IMG/VR virus record: IMGVR_UViG_3300023174_000058
Coordinates: 64,001 to 128,000 of that record
Strand: one strand, 5' to 3'
Length of the DNA stretch: 64,000 nucleotides
Origin: a virus
The notes beneath the pieces were generated by a model. That model was given only the letters and a program-made list of their open reading frames with translations. It ran no database searches and was not told where the DNA came from. Positions 53,882 through 63,364 of the stretch are shown in pieces. Numbering within the stretch: position 1 is the stretch's first letter; every line of letters begins with the position of its first letter. The position numbers were made by a program, and so were the translations under genes.

Positions 53882-55876
53882 ATGGCTAATCCATTAAAAA
53901 TTTTAACACAGTTATCAGCAAGTGAAGCTGCTGAATTTATGAAAGAAGTTAAATTCAATGAAAAAATTACACTAGCTAACAAGAAAATCGTTGGCCTAGC
54001 AGAAGGTACAGTAAACGGTGATGCAGTTCGTTATGAACAATTATCATCAGAGGCTTCATTACGCGTCTCAGGCGATTCATCACTAGCTTCACGCCTATCT
54101 GTTGAAGAATCAAACCGTGAAGTAGCAGTTAGCTTAGAAACATCAAACCGTATTTCTGCTGATAATTCGCTCTCATCACGTATTTCATTAGAAGAATCAA
54201 ATCGCGCTTCAGCTGATAGCTCAGTAAGTACTTCATTAACAAACCGTATTTCATCTGAAGAATCAACTCGTGCATCAGGCGATGTTTCACTAACAAATCG
54301 CGTTTCATTAGAAGAATCAACAAGAATATCCTTAGATGTTTCATTAACAAATCGTGTTTCATTAGAAGAGTCAACTCGTGCAGCTGCAGTTAGCGTTGAA
54401 CAATCAGTCCGTGCATCAGCAGATATTTCATTAACTACTCGTTTATCAACAGAAGAAAGCAATTCACTTTCAGTTGATATAAGCCTCTCTAATCGTATAT
54501 CAACCGAAGAATCAACACGTGCTTCAGCTGATGGTTCAATCGCAGTTGCTTTTGCTGCAGCTGATACGTCATTAACAACACGTCTTGGTAACGAAGAATC
54601 AACTCGTGCATCAGGCGATCTTTCCTTAACAAACCGTATTTCAACCGAAGAATCAGCTCGCGCAGCTGCAATTATTGCAGCAAATTCTTCTATTGATACT
54701 CGCGTTTCAAACGAAGAATCAGCCCGTGCGGAAGGAGATGTTTCATTAACAAATCGTATATCAACCGAAGAATCAACACGCGCTTCAGCTGATGGTTCAT
54801 TAACAAATCGTGTTTCATTAGAAGAATCAACAAGAATATCCTTAGATGTTTCATTAACAAATCGTGTTTCATTAGAAGAGTCAACTCGTGCCTCATCTGA
54901 TGTCTCATTAGCAACACGTCTTGGAAATGAAGAAACAGCAAGAGGAAGTGCTGATACCTCGTTAACAACCCGCGTTTCATTAGAAGAATCAGTTCGCGCT
55001 TCAGCTGACGCAAGCATCGTAGTAGCACTATCAACCGAAGCACAAGCACGTATTGCGGAAGATCTACTCTTCCTCAAGCTTGATGGTTCACGCGCAATGA
55101 CCGGCGATCTTAATATGGGTACAAAGAGCATTACAAATGCTAAGAGCGGTTCATTCTCGGGTGATGTTACAATTGCTGGTCAATTAAAGGTTCAAGGTTC
55201 ATTAACTTACCTAGATACACAAAATCTAAAAGTTAAAGATAACCTAATTGAACTTAACGTTCCAGAAACTGGCGCAACAAGCAATGCAAATGCTGGTATC
55301 GTAATCAAGGGTAGCACCGCAAACAAAGACGTAAGCATGATCGTTGATACAGACGGCGGCAACCTTGTTGTTAACACCAAAGTCTCAGCTTCAGCGTTTG
55401 ATGCAGCTGGTGCTGTTGATGTTGGCGGTGCATTAACAGTAGATGGACAAGCAACAATTAGCTCAGATCTATTTATCTCAGGTGCTTCATACGGCGCAGC
55501 GGATACAATGATTGGTTACTCTGGCGGAGTATACAACGTTGAGAGCATGCTACGCGTATTGTTCAACAGAGGCAACACAAGCGTTGATGGTTATTCAAAA
55601 CTACGCCACGTTGCAGAACCAAGCCTTGTTGGTGGTACACTCACCTACGCTCTACCAGAAACAGCAATGTTTGCTGATAGCCAACTTGGTAAGGTTATGG
55701 TTGACGTTCTAGTAGCTTCAGGCGGCGGTTGGAGCAACGATCTAATCGCAGTCAAACTAGAAGATAAGGGCAACGGCTATCTACAAATTGTTATCGACGC
55801 TCCAGCCCACAACAACGGTAAAGTACGTATTATCGCTGTTAACGAAGGCATGGACCTAGAGACAGCTGGTCAATAA
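53882..55876 (+). CDS. Long coiled-coil fibre protein with 18-aa repeats and a C-terminal beta head domain
   Basis: SLTNR(V/I)S(L/T)EESTRAS(G/A)D repeats; LKLDGSRAMTGDLNMG and LKVKDNLIELN are fibre-type motifs. Confidence 0.85.
   Translation: MANPLKILTQLSASEAAEFMKEVKFNEKITLANKKIVGLAEGTVNGDAVRYEQLSSEASLRVSGDSSLASRLSVEESNREVAVSLETSNRISADNSLSSRISLEESNRASADSSVSTSLTNRISSEESTRASGDVSLTNRVSLEESTRISLDVSLTNRVSLEESTRAAAVSVEQSVRASADISLTTRLSTEESNSLSVDISLSNRISTEESTRASADGSIAVAFAAADTSLTTRLGNEESTRASGDLSLTNRISTEESARAAAIIAANSSIDTRVSNEESARAEGDVSLTNRISTEESTRASADGSLTNRVSLEESTRISLDVSLTNRVSLEESTRASSDVSLATRLGNEETARGSADTSLTTRVSLEESVRASADASIVVALSTEAQARIAEDLLFLKLDGSRAMTGDLNMGTKSITNAKSGSFSGDVTIAGQLKVQGSLTYLDTQNLKVKDNLIELNVPETGATSNANAGIVIKGSTANKDVSMIVDTDGGNLVVNTKVSASAFDAAGAVDVGGALTVDGQATISSDLFISGASYGAADTMIGYSGGVYNVESMLRVLFNRGNTSVDGYSKLRHVAEPSLVGGTLTYALPETAMFADSQLGKVMVDVLVASGGGWSNDLIAVKLEDKGNGYLQIVIDAPAHNNGKVRIIAVNEGMDLETAGQ
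54040..55060 (+). repeat. 54-nt coding tandem repeats with 33-nt variants
   Basis: TCATTAACAAATCGTGTTTCATTAGAAGAATCAAC units; exact 80-nt duplication 54302-54381 = 54812-54891. Confidence 0.92.
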
Positions 55877-55901
55877 TTAAAACTAAAATAATTTAGTTTG
55901 G

Positions 55902-55930
55902 GGAGCGGAGAGAAATCTCCGCTCCTTTTT
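55902..55930 (+). terminator. Rho-independent terminator
   Basis: GGAGCGGAGA-GAAA-TCTCCGCTCC-TTTTT. Confidence 0.92.
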
Positions 55931-55949
55931 ATTTATCTTGTAAAACATA

Positions 55950-55957
55950 CTATTTAT
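55950..55957 (+). promoter_or_regulatory. Putative late promoter motif CTATTTAT
   Basis: Directly after the terminator and before an AAGGAG RBS. Confidence 0.62.
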
Positions 55958-55977
55958 TTTAGTTAAAGGAGCCGAAA

Positions 55978-57108
55978 ATGAAAAAAATAAATATTGGTAT
56001 CTCTGTTTTAATTAACAAACCAACAGAATCTTTCTTTACAAATGGTATAAGACAAAATGCGATCATAATGAAAGACCTTTATGAGAAAATAGATTTTGTT
56101 AATAAAGCTTATTATATAAATTTTGGAAAACAAAAAGATTATTCACAATCACCTTGGAAACAATATGAACGAAACATTATACAATTTGAAGAAATGTTTG
56201 ATAAAATAGATGTTTTAGTCGTTTCTTGCGTAACGATTTCAAAAGAAATTGCTGATGCGGCAAAGAAAAAAGGCATTAAGCTTATACATCACATAATGGG
56301 AAATGAATATTACTCATACGTTGAAAGCGTTTTATTTAAAAAAGAAGAAAGCACTATACTAGCAAAAGAAGATTGGTATGACTCAGTATGGATTTCTCCA
56401 CACTTATATGAAATAAATAAAGATTTATTTGAAGCAATTTATGAATGTGATGCAAATGTTGGTGCATATGTGTGGTCACCACAATTTTTATTGGAACATG
56501 TGAATGCTTTATACGATACAAAAAAAATTAAAGAAAAAATCTATATTCCAAGCGATAAAAAACAAAAAAGAATTAATGTTTTTGAGCCAAATTTAAGTTT
56601 TATGAAAAATTCTATATTTCCGATTTTAATAGGTGAAAAACTAGAACTAAAACACCCAGAAATTTTTGATAGTTTAAATTTGTTTGGATCAGACACAATA
56701 AAAGAAAAAAAACAATTAATAGATCTTGTAAAAACTTTAAAAATACAAAAAAATAAAAAAATCTTTTTTGAAGACAGATATCCTATTGCTTGGTCACTTT
56801 TTAATCATACGGACATTGTTTTATCTCATACGCATTATTGCGACTTAAATTATGTTTATTTTGATGCTGCTTGGCTTGGTTTTCCATTAGTACACAATTC
56901 AAAGTTTATAAAAAAGCTCGGCTGGTATTATGAAAATTTTGATGCAGATGGAGCGATTAAGCAAATTAATAAAATAGCTAACACGTTTGACAAATTGCAG
57001 GTTAGAGAAAAATATCTAAAAGATTCGCAAAAGTTTATTTCTGATTATTTTCCAACACACGTCAAGAACGTTGAAGCATATAAAAAATTATTAGAAAAAC
57101 TATTTTAA
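55978..57108 (+). CDS. DUF2827-like putative glycosyltransferase, copy 1
   Basis: IGIS...SFFTNGIRQN, GNEY, YVWSP, FEPNLS..K, TDIVLSH, LNYVYFD...GFPLVHNS...GWYY. Confidence 0.78.
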   Translation: MKKINIGISVLINKPTESFFTNGIRQNAIIMKDLYEKIDFVNKAYYINFGKQKDYSQSPWKQYERNIIQFEEMFDKIDVLVVSCVTISKEIADAAKKKGIKLIHHIMGNEYYSYVESVLFKKEESTILAKEDWYDSVWISPHLYEINKDLFEAIYECDANVGAYVWSPQFLLEHVNALYDTKKIKEKIYIPSDKKQKRINVFEPNLSFMKNSIFPILIGEKLELKHPEIFDSLNLFGSDTIKEKKQLIDLVKTLKIQKNKKIFFEDRYPIAWSLFNHTDIVLSHTHYCDLNYVYFDAAWLGFPLVHNSKFIKKLGWYYENFDADGAIKQINKIANTFDKLQVREKYLKDSQKFISDYFPTHVKNVEAYKKLLEKLF

Positions 57109-57117
57109 AGGTTGATT

Positions 57118-58254
57118 ATGAAAAAAATAAATATTGGTATAACTTTATCTATAGATCCAACTGAATCTTTGTTTACTAATGGTATACGACAAAACATTCT
57201 TATTCTTAGAGAATTATATGAAAAATGCGAAGGTGTAGAAAAATCTTACATTATTAATACATCTGGAAAAAGCATCCCAGACGATCCAAAATTGCCACTT
57301 TATCCTTTTAGAGATGTCATAATAGATATCAAAGATGTAGTTAAATATTGTAATTTTGTTGTTGTTGCCCACGGTTCTTTGTTGCCAGCAGAGTATCAAG
57401 AATTGTCAAAAGCAGGAATAAAAATAACTAAACTTATTCTCGGACCATCAGTTAGTATTTTTAACGAAGGAATACTTTTTAAAGGCAATGATCAGCAACA
57501 AGGTAATTTTTATAGAAATAAAGGTAATGTTAGTAAAGTTTGGATGTCAAAACATTACTTTAAAGATAGATATTTTTTTGAAACAATCTATGGATGTGAA
57601 GCAAAAATTGCACCATATGTTTGGGATCCACGATTTATAGAAAAAAGCTGTTCAGATTTCCAAAATAACAATAAAAAAATAGCAGAATATATTCCAAGCG
57701 GTTTAAAAGAAAAAAGAATTGTTAATTTTGAGCCAAATTTAAATATGGTTAAGACTTCTACGCAATCTGTTGTAACTTTAGAAAGATTTTATCGGCAACA
57801 CCCAGAATATGTAGGAGATTGCTATTTTTTTAATACAGGCGTTATTAAGCAAAAAAAGGATTTTATTGATTTTGTAAAAGATTTAGATATTTACGTTTCA
57901 AAAAAACTTTCTTTTGAGGGCGGGATTGCGATAGTAAATGCTTTAGGTAATTATGGAGATGTAGTTTTAGCTAGTCAAAATCAAAATGAGCTAAATTATC
58001 TTTATTTAGATGCTGCTTGGATGGGATATCCAGTTCTACACAATTCAAGCATGATGAAAGAAATAGGATTTTATTATAAAGATAATGATGCTCAACAAGC
58101 TTCAAAAATATTATATAATATATGCAAAAATTTTGATAAAAATTACAAAAAATATAAACAAGAATCAAGAGAAAAATGTAAAAAGTATATGATTACAAAC
58201 GAACAACATATAAAAAATTATACAAAACTTATACATGAAGTAATGGATTCTTAA
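57118..58254 (+). CDS. DUF2827-like putative glycosyltransferase, copy 2
   Basis: IGIT...SLFTNGIRQN, PYVWDP, FEPNLNMVK, LNYLYLDAAWMGYPVLHNS...GFYY. Paralog of copy 1. Confidence 0.78.
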   Translation: MKKINIGITLSIDPTESLFTNGIRQNILILRELYEKCEGVEKSYIINTSGKSIPDDPKLPLYPFRDVIIDIKDVVKYCNFVVVAHGSLLPAEYQELSKAGIKITKLILGPSVSIFNEGILFKGNDQQQGNFYRNKGNVSKVWMSKHYFKDRYFFETIYGCEAKIAPYVWDPRFIEKSCSDFQNNNKKIAEYIPSGLKEKRIVNFEPNLNMVKTSTQSVVTLERFYRQHPEYVGDCYFFNTGVIKQKKDFIDFVKDLDIYVSKKLSFEGGIAIVNALGNYGDVVLASQNQNELNYLYLDAAWMGYPVLHNSSMMKEIGFYYKDNDAQQASKILYNICKNFDKNYKKYKQESREKCKKYMITNEQHIKNYTKLIHEVMDS

Positions 58255-58255
58255 A

Positions 58256-58465
58256 ATGAAGAAAAAAATTACATATTTAGTAAAATATATGGATGATGTT
58301 ATCAAAGAAGTATTAACGCATACAAAAGATATAAAAACTCAAGCAGAATTATTAAAAAATAGGCAAATGTTAGATGAAGCAATAAAAAAATTAGAAAAAA
58401 AATATGACAATATTATAAAAGACATACAAAACGATATAGAGGAAGAGCAAACGGATGAAAAATAG
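58256..58465 (+). CDS. Small helical hypothetical protein
   Basis: Coupled ORF, K/E-rich. Confidence 0.6.
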   Translation: MKKKITYLVKYMDDVIKEVLTHTKDIKTQAELLKNRQMLDEAIKKLEKKYDNIIKDIQNDIEEEQTDEK

Positions 58466-58706
58466 TTTTAATTTTTTACAATTTACTAATTGGTTATTAA
58501 TTTGTAGAGAAAATATTGGAAAAATAAAACAAGAAATTTTAGACGAAAAAATTACAAAGCAACAAGCAATTGAAAAATTATTAGCGGAAAAAAAAAGAAT
58601 ATCAATCTTAAAAGATGTTTTAGATAAAAAAGTCCGACTATTTGGTATTCAATCGCATTTTTTAAAGAATTTAAATGAGTTAAAAAAAAGATATGGAGTT
58701 GAATAG
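58455..58706 (+). CDS. Small helical hypothetical protein
   Basis: Overlapping coupled ORF with GAGG upstream. Confidence 0.6.
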   Translation: MKNSFNFLQFTNWLLICRENIGKIKQEILDEKITKQQAIEKLLAEKKRISILKDVLDKKVRLFGIQSHFLKNLNELKKRYGVE

Positions 58707-58710
58707 CAAA

Positions 58711-58718
58711 CTATTTAT
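58711..58718 (+). promoter_or_regulatory. Putative late promoter motif CTATTTAT
   Basis: Recurring motif, here upstream of a GAGG RBS. Confidence 0.62.
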
Positions 58719-58739
58719 TATTAATTTGAGGATTGATAA

Positions 58740-60848
58740 ATGTCCACTGGCAATAGAAAACCGGTAAAAGTTTTGACCGATCTGCTTACAAAAAAGCAGA
58801 TCCTAAAAGAAGATTCTGACGGTAATATTCTTTTTAAAGTTTCTGGATCTCAAAATAATGGTATAATTAGTGCTTCTTTGCCAATAACAGGTACTGATGC
58901 TTATTTTAATAATGATGTAACGATCGATGGAGTTTTACGAGCAAGTCAAATAGAAGTTACAACATTAATTAATTCGTTAAATTATGAAACTTCCATATCC
59001 GCTTCTATTAATGCGCTTTTAGACGTTTCAGCCTCTACGGCAGAAGTGGATCAATTTTTAAAATGGGATGGCTCACAATGGGTTCCCGGTAATGTTAATA
59101 ATGGCTCAATAGGAGCAGCTGAGGATGGCGATTATACTGACGGTTTATTTACTGACTTTAATGATACCACGCCAGTTGGGACAGCTATTGATAGAATAAA
59201 TGAGGTTTTAAAAGGTCTAGCCCCCAAAGTTGCTCCCGATCTCACAAATTTAGAAAAAACATCCGGCGCAACTGGAACTAATATGCGTTTAGCTTTTGGT
59301 TCTTCATATTCGGTTGCAGGTTATACGAATGTCACTGCTTCAATTGGTGCAATATTATTAAATAAAGATTTTACGGAATCATTTACAACTATTAATGGAA
59401 ACGGCGGATATCCTATAAGACTAGGCGCGTATGCTACGCCTGTTGTCTTAACAATGTCGCTAAATAATAGTGTAGTATCAGACGCAGGAGCTTTTACAAA
59501 TTATCCGGCTAAGTCTTTTAATGTTTCGCAAAATGGTATCGGAAATTATATTTTAGAAGTTAATGGCGTACAAATAAATCCAACTGGTTCTACAAATAAT
59601 ACAAGTTTAGCAAATACAGAAACTTTTGCATTATCATTGGCTAATACTGCTTCTTTTATAGGATCCGGTCAAGGATTTGATTTATTTAGGCATAGAACTG
59701 GAACTGTAGGAATTCCTACGTCCCTATGGCAAAATGGTCATAACTATGTAAAAGTCATTCATAGCTCTTCTCTTGGAACACACGTTACCAACTATATAGA
59801 TTGGGTTTATGATCCTTCGGCAGCATCTGGAGTTGATTCTTATAGTTTTACCACGCCAATTTCAGCTTCTTTTACGGCAACTGGAACAAAACATCTATCT
59901 GGTATAAAATATTACACAAATATATCTTATAACTTTGCTACAACTGTTAGCAATTTCTTTAAAAATATATACCCAATTGCTGGTGGTTTAACTTTCAGTG
60001 GTTTAACATCAGGTTTAACTGTTAACAGCGTTACGATCCCAACTCCTACAACAAATCTTGATGATATCAATGTGAGTGTTGGACATACATTTAATGGTGC
60101 ATATAGGTTATTAGGTAGTTCGCTTGTGTCAACATTAAATTCTGCGAATGGTCTTGGAAAAGCTGGCTCTACTACATTAACAACCAATACTATTCTTTAT
60201 GACAACGTAAATACGGCAAATACGACAACAGCGGAAAATTTCTGCTTAGAAAATTATCGCGGTGAATCAGGTAGCTATGATACGCAAACAGCAGCTTTAA
60301 ATGCAATTGGGGCTTTCCCAAGCGGTTCTTCTTTAGGATCTAACGAATTGGCTGTTTATAATGATTCATTAAGATATCCAACCCAAATCTTAAACGGTGG
60401 TAACGTTAGTGGATCCGGTATTGTCCATATGATTTCAGGGCAGCCAAACTATTCTTCAGCATCCGGTAATAGAACATATCATCGTATCTTCCGCAATGGC
60501 TCAAGCTCTATAGCTGTATTTAATTTAGCAATTAATGGCGGAAGCGGTATTAATGTTGTACCTTTTGGCACAGCTTTAAACTCAAACAACGTTCATGTAT
60601 GGATCAAAATACCCGGAAAAACAGGCTGGCGTGATATAGCTACTGGTACCCCCGCCCCCGGCTATAGTGCCTTGGATAATAATTTAGGTGCTTTACAGGG
60701 TTCAAAAGTAACAACATCTACTTCTTCAACTCATACTATCAATTTATTAACCGAGGCGCTTGCTGTAAATGAATATTTTGTTTTAAGAATTGAAGCATCG
60801 GACGCTTGGACTAATAACATTGGTTCAATAACAATAACAGGATTGTAA
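58740..60848 (+). CDS. Ser/Thr/Gly-rich virion fibre or structural protein
   Basis: L.DV......Q.LKWDGSQWVP fibre motif and a beta-rich composition. Confidence 0.75.
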   Translation: MSTGNRKPVKVLTDLLTKKQILKEDSDGNILFKVSGSQNNGIISASLPITGTDAYFNNDVTIDGVLRASQIEVTTLINSLNYETSISASINALLDVSASTAEVDQFLKWDGSQWVPGNVNNGSIGAAEDGDYTDGLFTDFNDTTPVGTAIDRINEVLKGLAPKVAPDLTNLEKTSGATGTNMRLAFGSSYSVAGYTNVTASIGAILLNKDFTESFTTINGNGGYPIRLGAYATPVVLTMSLNNSVVSDAGAFTNYPAKSFNVSQNGIGNYILEVNGVQINPTGSTNNTSLANTETFALSLANTASFIGSGQGFDLFRHRTGTVGIPTSLWQNGHNYVKVIHSSSLGTHVTNYIDWVYDPSAASGVDSYSFTTPISASFTATGTKHLSGIKYYTNISYNFATTVSNFFKNIYPIAGGLTFSGLTSGLTVNSVTIPTPTTNLDDINVSVGHTFNGAYRLLGSSLVSTLNSANGLGKAGSTTLTTNTILYDNVNTANTTTAENFCLENYRGESGSYDTQTAALNAIGAFPSGSSLGSNELAVYNDSLRYPTQILNGGNVSGSGIVHMISGQPNYSSASGNRTYHRIFRNGSSSIAVFNLAINGGSGINVVPFGTALNSNNVHVWIKIPGKTGWRDIATGTPAPGYSALDNNLGALQGSKVTTSTSSTHTINLLTEALAVNEYFVLRIEASDAWTNNIGSITITGL

Positions 60849-60851
60849 TCA

Positions 60852-62279
60852 ATGGCTTTAACAGAAAAAAATCAGTTATTAATAGCATTTAAAAAACTTT
60901 ACGGTAAAAGTCACACAAGCGCTAAATTTGGCGTTTTCAATGAAAGTATTGGTTCATCCGTTCAATTAGGCGCTAGTACAATATTTGGTAGCGTAATACC
61001 AAGCAGCCCAAGTGGTTCGCTGTATAGTATTACGCAAAATATTGTAGAAAAAATTAAATTTGATCTCGTACCTATTTCGCTATCAACTTACGCCAGTACA
61101 TTAGGCTCTTTAGCTGGTACTACAATAGATGATGAAGGCGATACAGCGGTAAATGGTGTACATGCCTATCGTTTAGTTTTACCTTCTGATTATGTAATTA
61201 ACTCTTCCAATCCAAAGAAGGGCACTGGGTATTTTATAAATTCTGCTACAGCATCAGTATCTAATGGTGCCTTGCAGTTGGTTCCACCATCTTTTGGTGA
61301 CTTGTATACAGCAGAAATTAGTAGTTCTTCTGGTATTATTGGCGGTCTTGATGACGAAGATTATTATCTAGACTATTATTCCGGTATTTTATTTATACAA
61401 GATATTGGTAGAACTCCAACTGCCGTTACTGCTTATGCATATGTTGGCGACTTTGTTAGTGATATTATTTCGGATGTAGCAACTGATGTAATAACAGAAG
61501 TTATTGCTGGAACAAATTTAACTGGTGGCGGCACAAGCGGTTCTGTAACTGTAAGCTTAGAGGATAATATTTCTCTAACATCTGTAACGGCATCTTTATA
61601 CGGTACTGCTTCTTGGGCTACTACATCAAGTTATGCATTAAATGCTGCTACTGCAAGTTATGTTACTGCTTCTAATATTGATAATTTTACTTCTGATGTT
61701 AGAAGTCAATTTAGTGCTGGCACAAATATAAGCATAACTAGTGGCACTATATCAACAATTAATGTTCCCACTGTAACACAAGTAAGTGGAGCTATTTCAA
61801 ATTTTGCAACAAGAGCAGAAGTTACTGGTGCGCTTTCTCCATACGCTCTTTCAATAGATGTATCATCTTCGTTCACAACACCAGCACAAGTAACGGGAGC
61901 TTTTTCTGTTGTAACTGCAAAAAATGCAGAAACTGCAAGTTATGCATTAAATACAACATTTTCTACTACTAATATACAAAATGCTTATAACCGATTAAGA
62001 TACAAAGAAGTAGGTTTTTTTGATCACACTGGTAGCGCTACAGTGCAGCTTCCAACTTCTTCTTTGGGAGGCGCAGCTTTTCCTGTTACTTCATTAGATT
62101 ATATAAATGTAAATGTTAGCGTGCTTGATGATGGTACGTGGGTTAATGATATTTTTGCTGTATCTGTATACACTGCTTCAAATCATGTTTATGTAGATTT
62201 ATGGGCCCCAGATCTTCACGAAACAGATAAATACAAATTATTGGCAATCAATCAAGATCCAAGTTTATTTATAATTTAA
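60852..62279 (+). CDS. Virion fibre protein
   Basis: YLDYYSGILF, ITEVIAGTNLTGGGTSGSVTV, TASYAL repeats, and a C-terminal domain shared with the ORF at 53882. Confidence 0.75.
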   Translation: MALTEKNQLLIAFKKLYGKSHTSAKFGVFNESIGSSVQLGASTIFGSVIPSSPSGSLYSITQNIVEKIKFDLVPISLSTYASTLGSLAGTTIDDEGDTAVNGVHAYRLVLPSDYVINSSNPKKGTGYFINSATASVSNGALQLVPPSFGDLYTAEISSSSGIIGGLDDEDYYLDYYSGILFIQDIGRTPTAVTAYAYVGDFVSDIISDVATDVITEVIAGTNLTGGGTSGSVTVSLEDNISLTSVTASLYGTASWATTSSYALNAATASYVTASNIDNFTSDVRSQFSAGTNISITSGTISTINVPTVTQVSGAISNFATRAEVTGALSPYALSIDVSSSFTTPAQVTGAFSVVTAKNAETASYALNTTFSTTNIQNAYNRLRYKEVGFFDHTGSATVQLPTSSLGGAAFPVTSLDYINVNVSVLDDGTWVNDIFAVSVYTASNHVYVDLWAPDLHETDKYKLLAINQDPSLFII

Positions 62280-62408
62280 AAAATTTAATTAATTCCTTTA
62301 AAACGATTTGTTATAATCGTTAATAATATTTTATTTCTAAAAACCATTTATTAAATTAAAAACTAATTAATTAGATAATTTGGACTATTTTATAGGAATT
62401 AATGTTTG

Positions 62409-63350
62409 ATGGAATATCAACCAGTTAGAGTTTTAGCTGATTTAGAAGCCTTACAAGACGTTGTTGTTAGTGGTTCGCTTATAATCACTACCGATACTGC
62501 CTTTAGCGCATCTGCTATAGCAACTGGTGCGGTTGGCGAGTATTCTGTTGACGAGGCATTTCACACCCTTGATCAATCAGTATATCAAACAAATGCAAAT
62601 ATTGCTAATGCTATTGCTGGTGTTGTTACTGCTTATAACAACAACAGATATATTTTCAGTGGGTCATTAGATTCCAGCGGATCTGCCGTTTTAAATTTAA
62701 CCACTAGTATTATTTCTGGCAGCGAAAACTTTTCTTCAACTGAATTAGCAAAAGTTACTGTTAATTTATTAATTGATACCAACGGCGATGGTAGATATCG
62801 CAATGATTTAACTTCTTACGAAATTTATACTTCTGGTAGCGAATTATTAGTTAGTATTGATGCCCCTGCTTCTCCAAATAATAATTACCGTTTAATTGTT
62901 TCTAATGAAAAACCATTAAATCCTATCTCTGGTAGCAATGGAATCCTTATAATAGCTGGCCCACAGGGAGTAGCTGGCCCGTCTGGTTCTACTGGTGCGG
63001 AGGGGAGATCTCATATAAACGTTGCGTCTCTTTTGTCAACAACCAATTCAATTGAAACAGTTGCGTCTAATTTCTCACTAAGCCCAGCAAAAGCACCTAA
63101 TGGTTTTTACATTGACGTGACTGGTTTTACACAGGACAGCTCTTTTCCCTTGGTTGTAAAATTATATAATCTAACAACCGATTCGCTTCTTGATTCAGAT
63201 TTAATAAATACTTTGTCTCCACAAACAGTTCGCTTGAACGGAGCAATCCCATCTGTTTCTAATACTCAATTTGAATTAAGATATTACTCTTCTGGCTCTT
63301 CCAGCAACTATGTATATTTACAAACAGCAATAGTGGAAATTACAAATTAA
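62409..63350 (+). CDS. Virion fibre protein with a short collagen-like linker
   Basis: Domain shared with the ORFs at 53882 and 60852; GPQGVAGPSGSTGAEG. Confidence 0.75.
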   Translation: MEYQPVRVLADLEALQDVVVSGSLIITTDTAFSASAIATGAVGEYSVDEAFHTLDQSVYQTNANIANAIAGVVTAYNNNRYIFSGSLDSSGSAVLNLTTSIISGSENFSSTELAKVTVNLLIDTNGDGRYRNDLTSYEIYTSGSELLVSIDAPASPNNNYRLIVSNEKPLNPISGSNGILIIAGPQGVAGPSGSTGAEGRSHINVASLLSTTNSIETVASNFSLSPAKAPNGFYIDVTGFTQDSSFPLVVKLYNLTTDSLLDSDLINTLSPQTVRLNGAIPSVSNTQFELRYYSSGSSSNYVYLQTAIVEITN

Positions 63351-63364
63351 TTGGAGAAATAAAT

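Noticed and set aside
54040-55060. Possible CRISPR array
   Set aside because: The units are in-frame, degenerate at third codon positions, and have no unique spacers, so this is a protein repeat.
54031-55131. 366-aa minus-strand ORF and other alternative-frame ORFs over the fibre repeats
   Set aside because: Shadows of the repetitive, codon-biased + strand gene, with no RBS or independent protein features.
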